Below the pieces are notes generated by a model, which did no database searches, was not told the DNA's origin, and saw only the letters and a program-made list of their open reading frames with translations. A program made the position numbers and the translations under genes. A stretch of DNA of 64,000 nucleotides from Lingula anatina (taxonomy: Eukaryota; Animalia; Brachiopoda): contig CM120642.1 of assembly GCA_051362555.1 (NCBI GenBank), forward strand, positions 4,526,001 to 4,590,000, in the 5' to 3' direction. Below, in pieces: positions 1 to 12,000 of this stretch. The number at the start of each line of letters is the position of its first letter. The stretch's first letter is position 1.

Positions 1-14
1 GTAAAGTCAGTACA

Positions 15-53
<39 letters not shown>

Positions 54-921
54 TTACCTCAAAGATTGGGGGACGCTCCTGTATCTATTTATCGTGTAAT
101 TTAATGAATAAATCTACTTATATTTGTTCATGGTCTCGTTCCAATGCATTAATTTTGTAATGGCTTAAAAACTCGTTTATGGGATTGAATATAAAAACTA
201 CTTTAGATTCTGTATTTTCCATTTAAAAATGCAACCCGAAATATTGTACGTACTGTATCAGTATGTCTTTACAGTTGTTACCATAACTGAGAGCTCGCTT
301 TCAAATACATATTTTTCTTTTCTCCAGCCAATTACAAAGTGTCATGTTACGATCATGACGTAACGAACAACATAGTTTGTTTTCTGAATTTACATTGTTT
401 TCATCGGGGCGGGCGGTATGCTTATACTAGCTAGTCTTCAACGAAACTTAAACCCGCGCCAAAACACACCCACAAAAGCACTGCATATGAAAGTAAACAT
501 TCAGAATACAATACACTTAACGCACTGCCTTTTGGATTTGCATAATATAGCTTTTATTTGCTTACAAAATCCACAATTTGAGGAATAATGACAGCATTTC
601 AACACCTGCAATCAGCTGACAGAAAAGCACAGCGACCTACTGTATGAAAATGTCATATGTAACCGTGACTTGAAGTGGTACAGACGGTACCAGACAGAAA
701 TCGTATCGGGTATAGTGGAAAATATACGCCCGTTATGACTGTGCCACTGAAAAAGCCATTATGTTGCTAGAAGTTGGATAAGTCGTGGAAGAGATTAAAT
801 TCCCTTTCAGGGCACATTTTTAGACTTCACGGAAAGTACATGCAGGCAAATAAGGAGCTGCAGCGCCGGTTAAGTTCAATTTGACTGAAGCAAATAGCCC
901 TTCAGTGCGCGCACACTTACA

Positions 922-2959
922 ATGAAGGAATGCTGTCTCACGTCCCTCGGTTTTCTCATATACGCTTCCTGCTATGCCGTGCCATACTTCGTGTCGTCCA
1001 AAAAGGTTGCTGACCTGTTGGTGGACGGGTCTGGACAATACGTGTACGGACTGGACGTAACCTTGGCCGTATACTGGTACATCCTTGGGGGAGTATTTGC
1101 TGGGCTGTTGATAGCGGCGGGACTTGTTTTCTGTATAGTGAAACAGTTTGGGGAAAGTATACAGACGAAAATGTGAGTACAACACCCTTTCATACAATAA
1201 GCATATAACAAAATAAGTTTCTTGTTGGAAAATATAGCAATACTTCCTTTATCCGAACAGTATATCTCTAGATCTACCCAAAACCGTTGAGAAAATTTCG
1301 TCCCATAAGCCCAATACGAGAGCGACTCAAAAATTAGAAACTCGGGACTCGGGATGTAGTTCTATAACTGTTTCTGGACATGGTGTACCTGAATGATTAA
1401 AAGGAAAAGTGCTGAATTTTTTAAATAAAACATTCTTAGTACAGTGCGCATAAATATCCAACAGCCATTGTGTGTCCTTTAGATTCTCTTTAAGGTGCAT
1501 AAATTGTAAATAAGGAAGGAATAAGGAATAAAGTCGTGTATATATTATATAAACATGTATGTGGACAGGATAACAACCAATCGAAATCTGATTCTATAAA
1601 TGTTTTGTGCAATTAAGCCATGTATCTGTTTATTCAAGATGCGTCGGGGTCGGATATTTAAGTAATCTCTTTTTCCAGACGCCTTCCCATTCTGCTCTAC
1701 TGGATTTTCTCCGTGCTCCCGTCTGTTATATTACTGGTCTTGTCATACAAGGTGAGAGATCACTCAAATGTAATATTTTTTCTTATCCTAGATACGTCAT
1801 CCTATTTTTTATTTTTATTTTATTTATTTATTTTTATTTTTTGGAAGTGTTTTTCACAAAGTCTGACGTAATCGATGCCGTGAACACCTTCCAAAGGTTT
1901 TCGTCAAACAACCTGAAGTTTTCAGCAGCTGCTCAAGATAAGTGGAGTTCGCACTACATACATTTTCTTCATTTTTTTTATTAAATTAAGGTCTACGGTA
2001 AGACTGTCCCTTGTGACGTCAACACAACTGTGACGTGCCAAGTCTCTGGAGCCAATGAGCACGCATTTGCAGATTCGAAGTTCGAGGCATTCGACGCTTA
2101 CTCGGTCATGGTTCTCCATTCGATTCTCGTGGTACTGATCGGCTGCGAATGGTTTGCCAAATTTAAAGTAGGTTGAGAATCAAGTATGTTTTTGAAAATG
2201 CAATTTAACTGGAATCCTACAAACCTGAAAACCGCAGTACTATTCTAGTTTTAAAGTTTATGCAATACTTTGGACGGCAGATCCTACTTTTCCTTTTATC
2301 TTGCTTTGATTACTTGGCAGTAATCATGTTATTTGAATGAAGCATGTCGAAGTTCTTTTTATCTTTTTTTTTTTTTTTTTTTTTTTTTTGTTATTTTTTA
2401 AAGAGTCAGAACAGGAATCACTGTCATTAATTGCATAATGAAGTTTTCTGTTAATATCCTGTGTAAAGTAGGCCTATCTCGCTGTCAGTTTGACTCCTTT
2501 CTTAAAACTATATTCTTCATTATAACGTAATTTCAGGAAAACGACTATGAAATGAAATACATCTTCTTTGCCGAATGTGGAGCGGAATTTCTCCCCATTT
2601 ACGACATGGCGGAAATGTGGAATCTTCTAATGCAGAAGGAAGTGCTCTTAAATGATATCCTTTTGACGGTAGTCGTAATATCCGGTGTCACAAGCATGCT
2701 GAGATTTGTCCCCACGCCGCAGAAAGTTGACGAATCCGGTGAACTTCGACCCAAGAGAGTTCACGTTTTAGTCTACCTACTTGGACACGAACTACCGTTC
2801 TTTATCATACGAGTCGTGGTCGTGGTGCTAAATACTAGCAGGACGATATTACCTTGGAATTATTTAATTTTAATCATGAAAAACGGGCTGTTTAGTATTT
2901 CGTACATGTTGCTGTTATGTTTGTTAAACCAAGCTGCACCTGTAAGCACTCAAGCTTGA
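922..2959 (+). CDS. TMEM236-like (FAM23) multi-pass membrane protein, 4 coding exons (922-1172, 1679-1751, ~1991-2167, ~2537-2959)
   Basis: Exons join in frame across GT-AG introns and encode several hydrophobic helices. C-terminal motifs DMAEM, SMLRFVPTPQ, HELPFFIIRV and KNGLFSISY resemble vertebrate TMEM236 as I recall it (DTIEM, SLLRITFTPQ, QDLPFVFVRL, KNILVTLSY). An upstream acceptor near 823 suggests a 5' UTR intron. Confidence 0.7.
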
Positions 2960-4909
2960 GCAACGTCATTCACTCATTTTTTAAAGATATGTATTTTTGC
3001 ATGTCTAGCTGTCTATGTTAAACACTAAGAGCTAATGCTGTTCAAAATGGCATGTCATCTATTTATTTGCTCAACATTTGGTGAATTCAAGTATATCTCA
3101 TTTACTGTTTAACAGATGTATCATCTTTATAGGAAGAAAGTATTTTCGTGTGTTTGTGTGTGTCCCCTTGGCCTTATGAAATGACTCGTTCCAGTATGTT
3201 TGTGATGAAGTTGTTGTCTGTATATTTGGCTGATACGTGAGGTAGTAAATACTACTCAGTTATAATCTTTCTTATTATTTATTGAACTACTTTCCAGTTG
3301 TTACCCACGCTGCTTTCTTCAATTTTATTTCTACCTCATGCAATCTCTAGCGGCCTTCTCGTTCAGTTGTATAAATATAATACGAGCATGTCAATCAACT
3401 CAAGATACTCTACAAAACACTCCCCGCTACTTATTCATTGCATGCTGTCAATGTTGTATCATACATTGTAGAAAACAGAGGTGCGTTATCAAGCTATTTA
3501 TCGCCTTCACAAGAAGGAAAAACATAAACATTTTAAAATTACACAATGAACTTTCCAAATGTATATATATGGGCGATATATAGTCTTGATCAATTAAGTC
3601 AAACCTACAGTGTAGCACTCCATACGTTCCTTTGATTAAACCCTTAGATGTTTCATTCGTCCAAGTGTACTAGTACCTTATACTGTAATATTTCCCCGCT
3701 ACAAATTGTACTACATGTACCGGTATTACAAATCTTCCTGGGGTACGTAAGCACCATTTTTCTCCTACTAACAAAATTTTGATCCTTCTTTCCTGACACT
3801 CGCCATAACTCTGTTACAATCTGGGAAAATTAAAAATGTCCTAAACTTGTAAAGCGTTTTTTTTACATTTCGCCAAAATTTTGACGACTGACTTCACGAG
3901 ATTTAAAGCTGTGTCAAGATGGTTGTTAGTTGGCGAGGTTCGTAAGAAGATAGTAAACTAGATTATTTCTGCCGACGTTTAACATACGATTTTTCTGTGA
4001 CAATGATCAAAATATATAACTTTTCCTCCGATAAGGTCACCAAGAAGTGGTTTATGCATTTAAAGTGTGTTTAAGTTCCAACACTTTGTATCTTAAGTCA
4101 AAAACAACAGTGAATATGTGAAAGAAAAAAAACATCATTGTTGTCCCAGATTTGGCCCTTAATCTTGTAAAGGTAGTCAGCGCTAACGTACCAAACCTAC
4201 ATTATTTTACAAACAAACTGAGGGCTCATCTATAAATTACTTGGTCAATTAATATGCCCATTCTGCTGTTAATCATGCAAACAACCAATTTGGATCTGGT
4301 CTAGACCAGGCCCCAATTGGTTTTTGGCTCAGTCCAGTGAGTAACTGGACTAGATTGGGATCTGGCCTATGACAGTGTATCTACACACACTAACACCTTA
4401 TGTACACTAACACGATTACGACAAACACACAGTGTTTTAGGTGAATGGATATGTATGATGAAGGCATTTTACTTTATCCCCGCCTTCAACATTTATAAAG
4501 AAAAACATTTAAAAACCGATCCGTTGATGCTCTGGTGGCACCATCTTTGTCTGTTCTATAGCCCGCAGCCGTGTCACCATGCATACAAACAGTCACCAGT
4601 CCTTAGGTAATTAAGCCATATACATGCAGATTGAAGAAACTCTCAGTTTCAGAGCCCAAAGCCAATCTATGCTGAATCTTTTATCGCCATGTATAAACAA
4701 AAAAGTTACCCATTCCCAGTCAGTTAGTGCTCAAGTTGGCGCCATCTGCTTGGAAGATATCATACCCTTACTTTCTTCATCAGGCGGTGTCGAGCGGAAT
4801 ATCCGCTAATATAACCCAAAATTTCCCACAACGACCTTAGGCTCGGGGCTCCTCAAATTTAAAATACAATTTTTAAATCGTAAATTAAAATTTCACCAAA
4901 ACTCCTGCA

Positions 4910-7900
4910 CTAATCTTTTTCTCCTCGTAAACACGGACATTTAGACTTCTTCTTTTTAAGGTCCCCTTTCGACAAAGTAATGCCTTGCTCCCGTAGACGA
5001 CGGAGGGGTTTTGGATTCCTATTGTATATTTCTGAAAAGACAAAGACGAAAATATACTACCAAATATATGAAACTTGCTAAATTGCTCTGCAAACTTCTA
5101 CGGGTACATGTATATTACTTTATACGCTTTTTAACTGAACACTGACATGTAGAGAAACAAAGTAAAAATATCCTATATGCTATATTCTTATAACAAGTGT
5201 TGAGGCATTATATAATTTTTTGTTATTATTCTTTGGGAAAATTGATGTTGAATAAAAAAACTCACCATTGATGAGGATTCGGAACACCGTATTCACATTC
5301 TGCTTGGTGGCCGCCGAGGTCTCGTGGAGGTACACGTGGTCAATACCATGCTCCTCTGCGGTAGCGAAAATATTTGGAAGCTGTTATTTGGTATGGTGTT
5401 AGGGGTCGTTCAAAATGAGTTAGGTCGACCTAGCTTGTACGACATAACGTTATGGGGACTCTCGCTGAATGCAATCAGATAAACAGACTGACACACCTCC
5501 TCTTGTTCCCAAAGAATTAGTATAATCACCAGCTTCCTTGTGTTCTACTCAACGCCACAAAGAGGCGTGTTAGTCTTTTAAACTGATTGCATTCAGCGAA
5601 GGTCCCCGCGGAGTTAGGTCGCACTAGCTAGGTGGACATAGCTCAATCTGAACGGCTGCTTAGTGCGAAACGCGTATTTGGTAACTCAAACACGGTTTTT
5701 AGAAGGTAATTTGTCAACAATTTTGGCCTTATTTAAAGAAAAACTATTGACATTTCCACATAAATTAACATGTTGCTATATAAAGGTCTATCGCTTATTG
5801 TATGCTTGAAGCAAAACGCTCTACTATTTAATTCCTGCTTACCAGCAAAAACGTGGGCGTCGTGTGGCGTCACCTCCCTCGCGTATCCCTCACGTACCAG
5901 CAAGTCACGTTTATTCCCCACCATCATCATAATAGTCCTGTCGTGCTGTTTGTTATATTGGCGGTATTCTCGGATCCAAAACGCCAGTTTGTCGAGGCTT
6001 TCCCGCCTTGTGACGTCGTACACAAATATAACACCGTCACAGTCACGATATATCCTGAAATAATTAAAGTACTACAATAAATGGTTTTGAATAAATAAAC
6101 GAACAGAGTTACGTATGCAAAAATTTTTCTGTCTACTTAATTAAGCACCATTCTGTTGTTGAACAAAAAAGAATCTCCACTGTTATAACATTTTCAGTTC
6201 ATTAAGATGACTCACGCCCTGGAGATGGGTGCATAAGTCTCCTGTCCGGCGGTGTCCCAAATCTGCACCCGTACGAAACTGTTGTCATCAATCTCGACGT
6301 CCTTAAAGGAGAATTCGGTGCCGATGGTCAGGGGCTGGGTCGTGCCTGGGAAACGCCCCTCAGTGTAAACTATTTGCAGGTTAGTTTTCCCTACTCCTGA
6401 CTCTCCGAGTAGGATCACTGGAAGGAAAGAGAAAAGACATTTAATTATTTTGAATATTTAAAACTAGTGGATGTACCGGTGTCACGGTTGCAGACCGAGG
6501 TCATGAGCAGGCGTCGGGAGAAATTTCTAATGCACTTAAAAGTCACCAGTGGCTTGTTGACGATATTTTTATCTTTAAAATAAAATATGGTGGTTATTAA
6601 TCAGTTTAACATAAAACTGAGAACAAGACTGAATTTTTCGTTAAAGAACATTTCGGTGTGCCCCACCCGTCTTCGTTTTTCTTACATGAAACCATACTTC
6701 TTCCTCGTCTTTATCCTCAGCAAATCATTTTACATCAGCATTAAATCAGAACGAGTAGCTTGCCTTCTTTAAAATCGAAATTATCATTTATTCCCGCGAA
6801 GCAGAATATAATTTTAGACCTTGGATGGGGGCGTCTCGATAGTCCGAAGGTTCATTGGTCCGAAGGTTCATTGGTCCGAAAAGTGGTAACATTTTTATCG
6901 ATTTTTTAATCAAGGGTTCATTGGTCCGAAGGTTCTATAGTGAACATTCGGACCAATGAACCTTCGGACTATTGAACCTTCGGACTATCGCTACGGCCCC
7001 CCTTGGATAACAGTCTGAGTTTGAGTCAGTCCACACCGGGTGTAGATTCACGTTTGTGAGGTATTCATGTGTTTATGTTAATCAAAAATGTATCCGTGAC
7101 GTTTCACCTCGTCATTCTGGTTATTGGACCGATAACAGAAAAAGAGGTCAGGTAAAAATCTATCATTGCATCGTCTGTTGACCTACCTGTCACCGTTTAT
7201 CACCGTTATTACACCAGCTTTCAATATTGATGACATTTGTTTATCAGTTCCAAGTACCGGTATATCTCCGTACTAACCAACTAATCGCTATGAAAATGAC
7301 ACTACATGTTAAGATATATGTATGGACAAAAATACCTCTGAATTTGAGACTGTAACTTGTGTAAAACAGAAAAAAGAACTACATTATGTGTTTAATAGCT
7401 CTTTCTTTGAAGAAAGTAGACGTTTATCTATAATAAATATGTATCATGCCAAATGCAATTAAGTTATATGAATTATTTTCAACAAGGAAGAAAGAATTAA
7501 TAATTTGTACAAATTAACATATTGAATAAGGGGATCAAGCATTCGGATTGACATGTATGTATATTTATGATCTCAAAACTGCATCACAGAATATGAAAAA
7601 TGTAAAAAAAAAGGAGTATGGACTAAAGATGGGCATCGTGGGTTGTCGACAAAATTGTATGTTTTTTAGTTTTGGTCTTTGGAAATAGAGCGTCAATTAT
7701 AATAAGGAGTAATTTCACGTGAAAGCCGACAAAATCAGAAAAAAGTCGCGCTTAAACAGAATTTTGTGACATCTCTTTGCTGTGCTTTAACCCAGCTTTA
7801 TCTATTGGTGTTTAGATAAGTAGGATAACTGTCATGACACTAGAAAAAAAACCAAAACCTTAAAATGAAGATACCTGTAGGTCACTGCACTTAAACTCAA

Positions 7901-8778
7901 TACAGGTTTCAATCAATTGGACTTTTGGGAAGTATTTTTAATTTTCTTTAATAGAAAATAATAACTATGACAAAAGGAAGATGATTTTATTCACCCCCAA
8001 TCCCACCCTGAACGTGATGCTCAATCCCAAGCTATACATCTTATGGAGGGCAGGCTCTATTTTACACGTTTCTTAACACGGTACCAGTAATAGTAGAATG
8101 TTGACCTGATAACGTTACATAGAAAAAATCAAACAATACAACAAAGCGTACGTGCTATGGCTTGCACGAAGAGGTAGGTGACGACAGTACGCATTTAAGC
8201 AGTACAAAGGTTTTTTTAAACTTTCTATTTTTTTCTACACTCTACTCAATCCCCCTTTCTGCTCAATAACCCTCACACTATCCACACCCCGCCTTTACTT
8301 TACTCTGCACATTGTAAAAACATATTGCACAAAACAACTTGCCCGTTATCTACCTTGTACATATTAATACAATGTGGTACATCTAGGCCACTCATATGAG
8401 ACACTCACCTTTATAATCGTTTCCTTTTGGTCTTCCCACATATTTCGTGGTGACAACTGTTTCTTCTGTCTCATCTAGTTTCTGAACTATGAAATTTTGG
8501 TCACACTCCCCATCGACAATACCCCTCCTAAACACCTCGTAGGCAGAATCATCCTTCCTATCAAGAACGTCGAGAAGTGCTTTCACCTTTTGCTTGCCTG
8601 TTAGGCTTCTGTCGCAAACCTCATCGTATTCCTGGCGGCCTATTTTACTCTCTTGTAACAGCAGCTCCACCACATGCTCGATGTTTAAATGTTGGATCAA
8701 AAAAGTCCGGTTTCTCCTTAAGTTATGAATAGCAGTATTCGTCGTCGTTTTCGTTGATGTATTACGAGCAGAAGCCAT
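4910..8778 (-). CDS. CARD-Rab-like GTPase fusion, paralogue A (5 exons: 8778-8409, 6417-6216, 6054-5843, 5355-5266, 5031-4910; 996 nt, 331 aa)
   Basis: Exon 1 encodes a CARD pattern (LRRNRTFLIQHLNIEHVVELLLQE...KVKALLDVLDRKDDSAYEVF...QNFIVQKL). Donor G|GTGAGT at 8408 and acceptor CCAG|TG at 6418 give NDYK-V-ILLGESGVGKT. All G boxes are present: GESGVGKT, TIGTEF, WDTAGQE, GNKRD, ETSAA. C-terminus KKKKSKCPCLRGEKD*. Intron phases 1,2,1,1; total length divisible by 3. Confidence 0.88.
5402..5659. mobile_element. Non-autonomous TIR element (PIF/Harbinger-like MITE) in intron 3 of CARD-Rab A
   Basis: Imperfect terminal inverted repeats (cgttcaaaatgagttaggtcgacctagct / agctaggtggacatagctcaatctgaacg), flanked by TTA at 5399-5401 and 5660-5662. 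A 3-bp TWA TSD is typical of Harbinger. Confidence 0.55.
6827..7000. mobile_element. 174-bp foldback MITE built from 16-bp repeats, in intron 1 of CARD-Rab A
   Basis: Direct repeat CCTTGGAT at 6819-6826 and 7001-7008 (8-bp TSD). GGGG...CCCC termini. The unit tccgaaggttcattgg is tandem on the left and appears inverted (ccaatgaaccttcgga) on the right. Confidence 0.8.
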
Positions 8779-9001
8779 GTTTAATACTAAATGTTCCACA
8801 CTTTAATTTTGCACGAATACATGGTGGATATTCTTGCAAGGAAGATAATTAAGGCAGTGGAAAAACCCTGTGTATTGACATTAGTGGTTAAACTCTGCGT
8901 ATTTCATGGTAACAGTGCTATAAATAGAATGCGGAATTCCTGCTTGGATCTACAGGTAATTCCCATTCAGTAAGTGGGCTGATAAAATAGCACACTGAAC
9001 G
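8779..9001. promoter_or_regulatory. Putative bidirectional promoter of the CARD-Rab pair
   Basis: 223 bp between the divergent ATGs. Contains GGAAAAACCC (8859-8868), GCGGAATTCC (8931-8940) and GGTAATTCCC (8955-8964), each one mismatch from GGGRNNYYCC on one strand. Also TATAAATA (8919-8926) and GATAA near 8844 and 8981. Confidence 0.55.
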
Positions 9002-12000
9002 ATGGCGGCCAGGGGAAAGAGAAACACTGACTCGGCTGCAAAAATGAAAACGGACGTTTTACTTAAAAACAGGACATTTTTGATCAAGAACTTGCACATC
9101 GATGAAGTGCTAGAATTACTCTATCAGGAGAGGAAAATCGCCAAAACTGAATATGAAAGTATCAACGAAAAGCGAACTCGATCAAAAAGGGTGAAAAAGT
9201 TATTAGATGTCTTGGACACGAAGGATGACACGGCCTACGACGTGTTCAGAAAGGGACTTGAAGAAGGCGACTGTGACCAGGACTTCATTATAAGAAAACT
9301 AGATGAAACTGAGCAAACGACAATCTCCACAAAATTAGTGCCCAAACCGAGCAAAAACCGGTATAAACGTAGGTATTTAACTGGGGGTGTTTTTTTTTCA
9401 CGAGCGGAGTGAGTACATGTGTTGTTAGAGTAAATGTACTTCGGAATTTGTGTGGGATATAAATACTGCAACCTGGTATTGTGATCGTGTATCACGGTAT
9501 GTGAGTCAATTGTTTGCGACCCAGACATGTCAGTCTATATGAACATGTTTTTCATGACCCTCTCTGGTAGTTCACACTGAGTTCATAATTACCTTTTTTG
9601 TTGGAGGGATCAAGGCATTTAAAAGAGACTTTGGTCATTTCTCCCGGCCTACAGGTGGATGTAGATAAAAGCAGGGGACAGATTTTTCGACGATTTATGT
9701 AAGGGAAATTGAAACGAATAATTTAAGGACTTTTTAAATGTTAACCAAGTTTTACTTTATTCAGACACCAAAACCACATACATACGCGCGCGCGCGCACG
9801 CACAGAAGCCCTCCCTTGCTTTACGTAACTCGGACCTGCATAGCTTTATGTGTTTTTTTGCTGGGAAGAAGATAGTAGTCGTGGGGGAGAAGAGAATGAT
9901 ATATCGATTAAAACACATAAGTAAGTCGTTATCACAGATATCATCCCACTCATATAACTCACAGTAGCCAGTGCGTGGCGAACAGGATGTATATACCAGT
10001 AATCTCATCGAGTTGACCCAAATTACAATACGTTAGCTATTGAAATCACTTTCACACACTCACCATTGTAACAACCCTAGCTTTATGTGATATATTTCTT
10101 ATCTCATTGGGAAAATGTAGGACAAAATACGCAACTATTACAGATGAATTTGATGTATAGATTAATTGATTAGATAGTGAACAATGATATGAGGCAAGAT
10201 GCTTAAATTACTCTTTTATGCTGTGAACCTGAATTTTGATACCCTATAGGTTAAAACGCAAGCGCGTGAAAAAAAAATAAAAGATGATTTTGTGGGCCTT
10301 ATTAGTCGTTAGGACTTTGGATGAATAAATTGTGTAATCGTCCAAGTTCAGACAGTGAACTTTGGAAGAAGATGAAGAAATTTTGAGGGAAAGTCCTCCA
10401 TTTTATCCCACTGCCGACTCATTTCTGTGGCATGGATAGGATGAGTGATAAGAAAGTCTGTGTTGATCACGAGATACTTCTTAATAAATGTAATATTTCC
10501 TATAGCTACACGTAGAAATCTGTTTGTTTTCTAAATTTTACGGTGACATTAATCATAAAACAAGTGACACATATGATATGATATGACTTGTAAATATGTA
10601 CGTGTAAGCAGTGGCTATTAAAAATTCTATAAGTACAGAAGGGAAAGAAAGTCGTTGAACAATGCACGACTGGTTAAAGTTGTATGCGGCAAATTTAAAC
10701 AGTATTTTAATGAATTAAGATTACTTGTAAGTGCATTGATTTCTCTGAATCGCTGACTTTTGCAGTTTCACGTGTAAATTCTGTCCAACACATTTGCAGG
10801 GTGATAATCCCTCATAGCAATAACAGCACTGGTATTCCATTATTCTTTACTCCCCTAGCCAGAAAAAAAAACCCAGGCCTTACCTCATTTACGTACATTG
10901 CAACAGTATGCTGATTATATGCGAACCAGATCCAGACCCCCCCCCCCCCCCCATTACCAGCTCAACCTCTAGATCAGAACCTCTTAAAGAATTTGTAGGA
11001 TATCCTTATAAATTGATAGGTGAGGGATATTAAAATGATCTCATATTATATTTGCACCGTATGTGGAACCCCATCACTGTGCAAACGATACAGAAATGTT
11101 TTGCTCTACGCACAAAGGCGGCAGGTGCGTCCTCCTATACAGAGGATACTACACAAAATACTAAAGAATGGCTTTGATTTTTTAACATGGTTAGCTTATT
11201 CATTGGTTGTACAATCAGAATTTTTTGTTAAAAAATATTCTCTTAAAAGTTGAAAAAAACATTGGTACATGACATGAACTCTGTGTTACTTTACGCATTG
11301 CGTTAGGGGTGACACTTTTTTTGCAAGGGGAGTATATATATGCTTTTACGGCAAGACCGTGCCCGGTGTGAAAGGAATGCTTCCGCTAGGAACTGTAGTC
11401 CGGGGTCACATATATAATTAGTACAAGTTAGGGCTAGTCGGAGTATTGGGGGTTAGTATATATACCGGTAGCGTTTAGAGGAACACTGAACGCACTGACT
11501 ATTGCTGTAGGTGAGATATGCCTTGTACATATGTAGCATGTGTGTTTGTTTGAACAATATCGTAATGCTGTTTTCTCTCTCTCTTCCATCCAGTGGTATT
11601 ATTAGGTACTGCAGGGGTAGGCAAGACCAACTTGATGACGGTGTACACTGGAGGGAAGTTCCTAGTGGGGTCCACAGCGACAGTTGGCACGGACTTTGTA
11701 TCTAAGAACGTCACTGTGGACACCGGGAACGAGTGTGAAGAGAGCCAAGTGAGTGTTCAGATATGGGACACGGCGGGCCAGGAGACTTACTGTGCCATGT
11801 CCAGAATGTAAGTCATTATCTATCAGGTGTACCGCCAAGGGAGAGGGGTGGGGGGAGGGTCGCAAATGCCCCCCTCCTCCCATATCCTTTAGTACACACG
11901 TGCACTCCTTGTGCATTTAAAGATAATGATTATAATATGAATATGAATAAAATAGGAAGCTAGAAAAACACTCAAGTAGCGCAAAACTCTGTCAAGTTCA

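Noticed and set aside
6840-6990. Regular short repeats resembling a CRISPR array
   Set aside because: The units are contiguous with no unique spacers, arranged as inverted arms with a TSD, in a eukaryotic intron. This is a MITE.
8392-9412. Two stand-alone CARD-only proteins, as suggested by ORFs 8392-8799 and 9002-9412
   Set aside because: Both ORFs have a donor site at the same aligned position (after YK). Similarity stops there, and splicing completes the Rab P-loop in frame. A minor intron-retained CARD-only isoform cannot be excluded.
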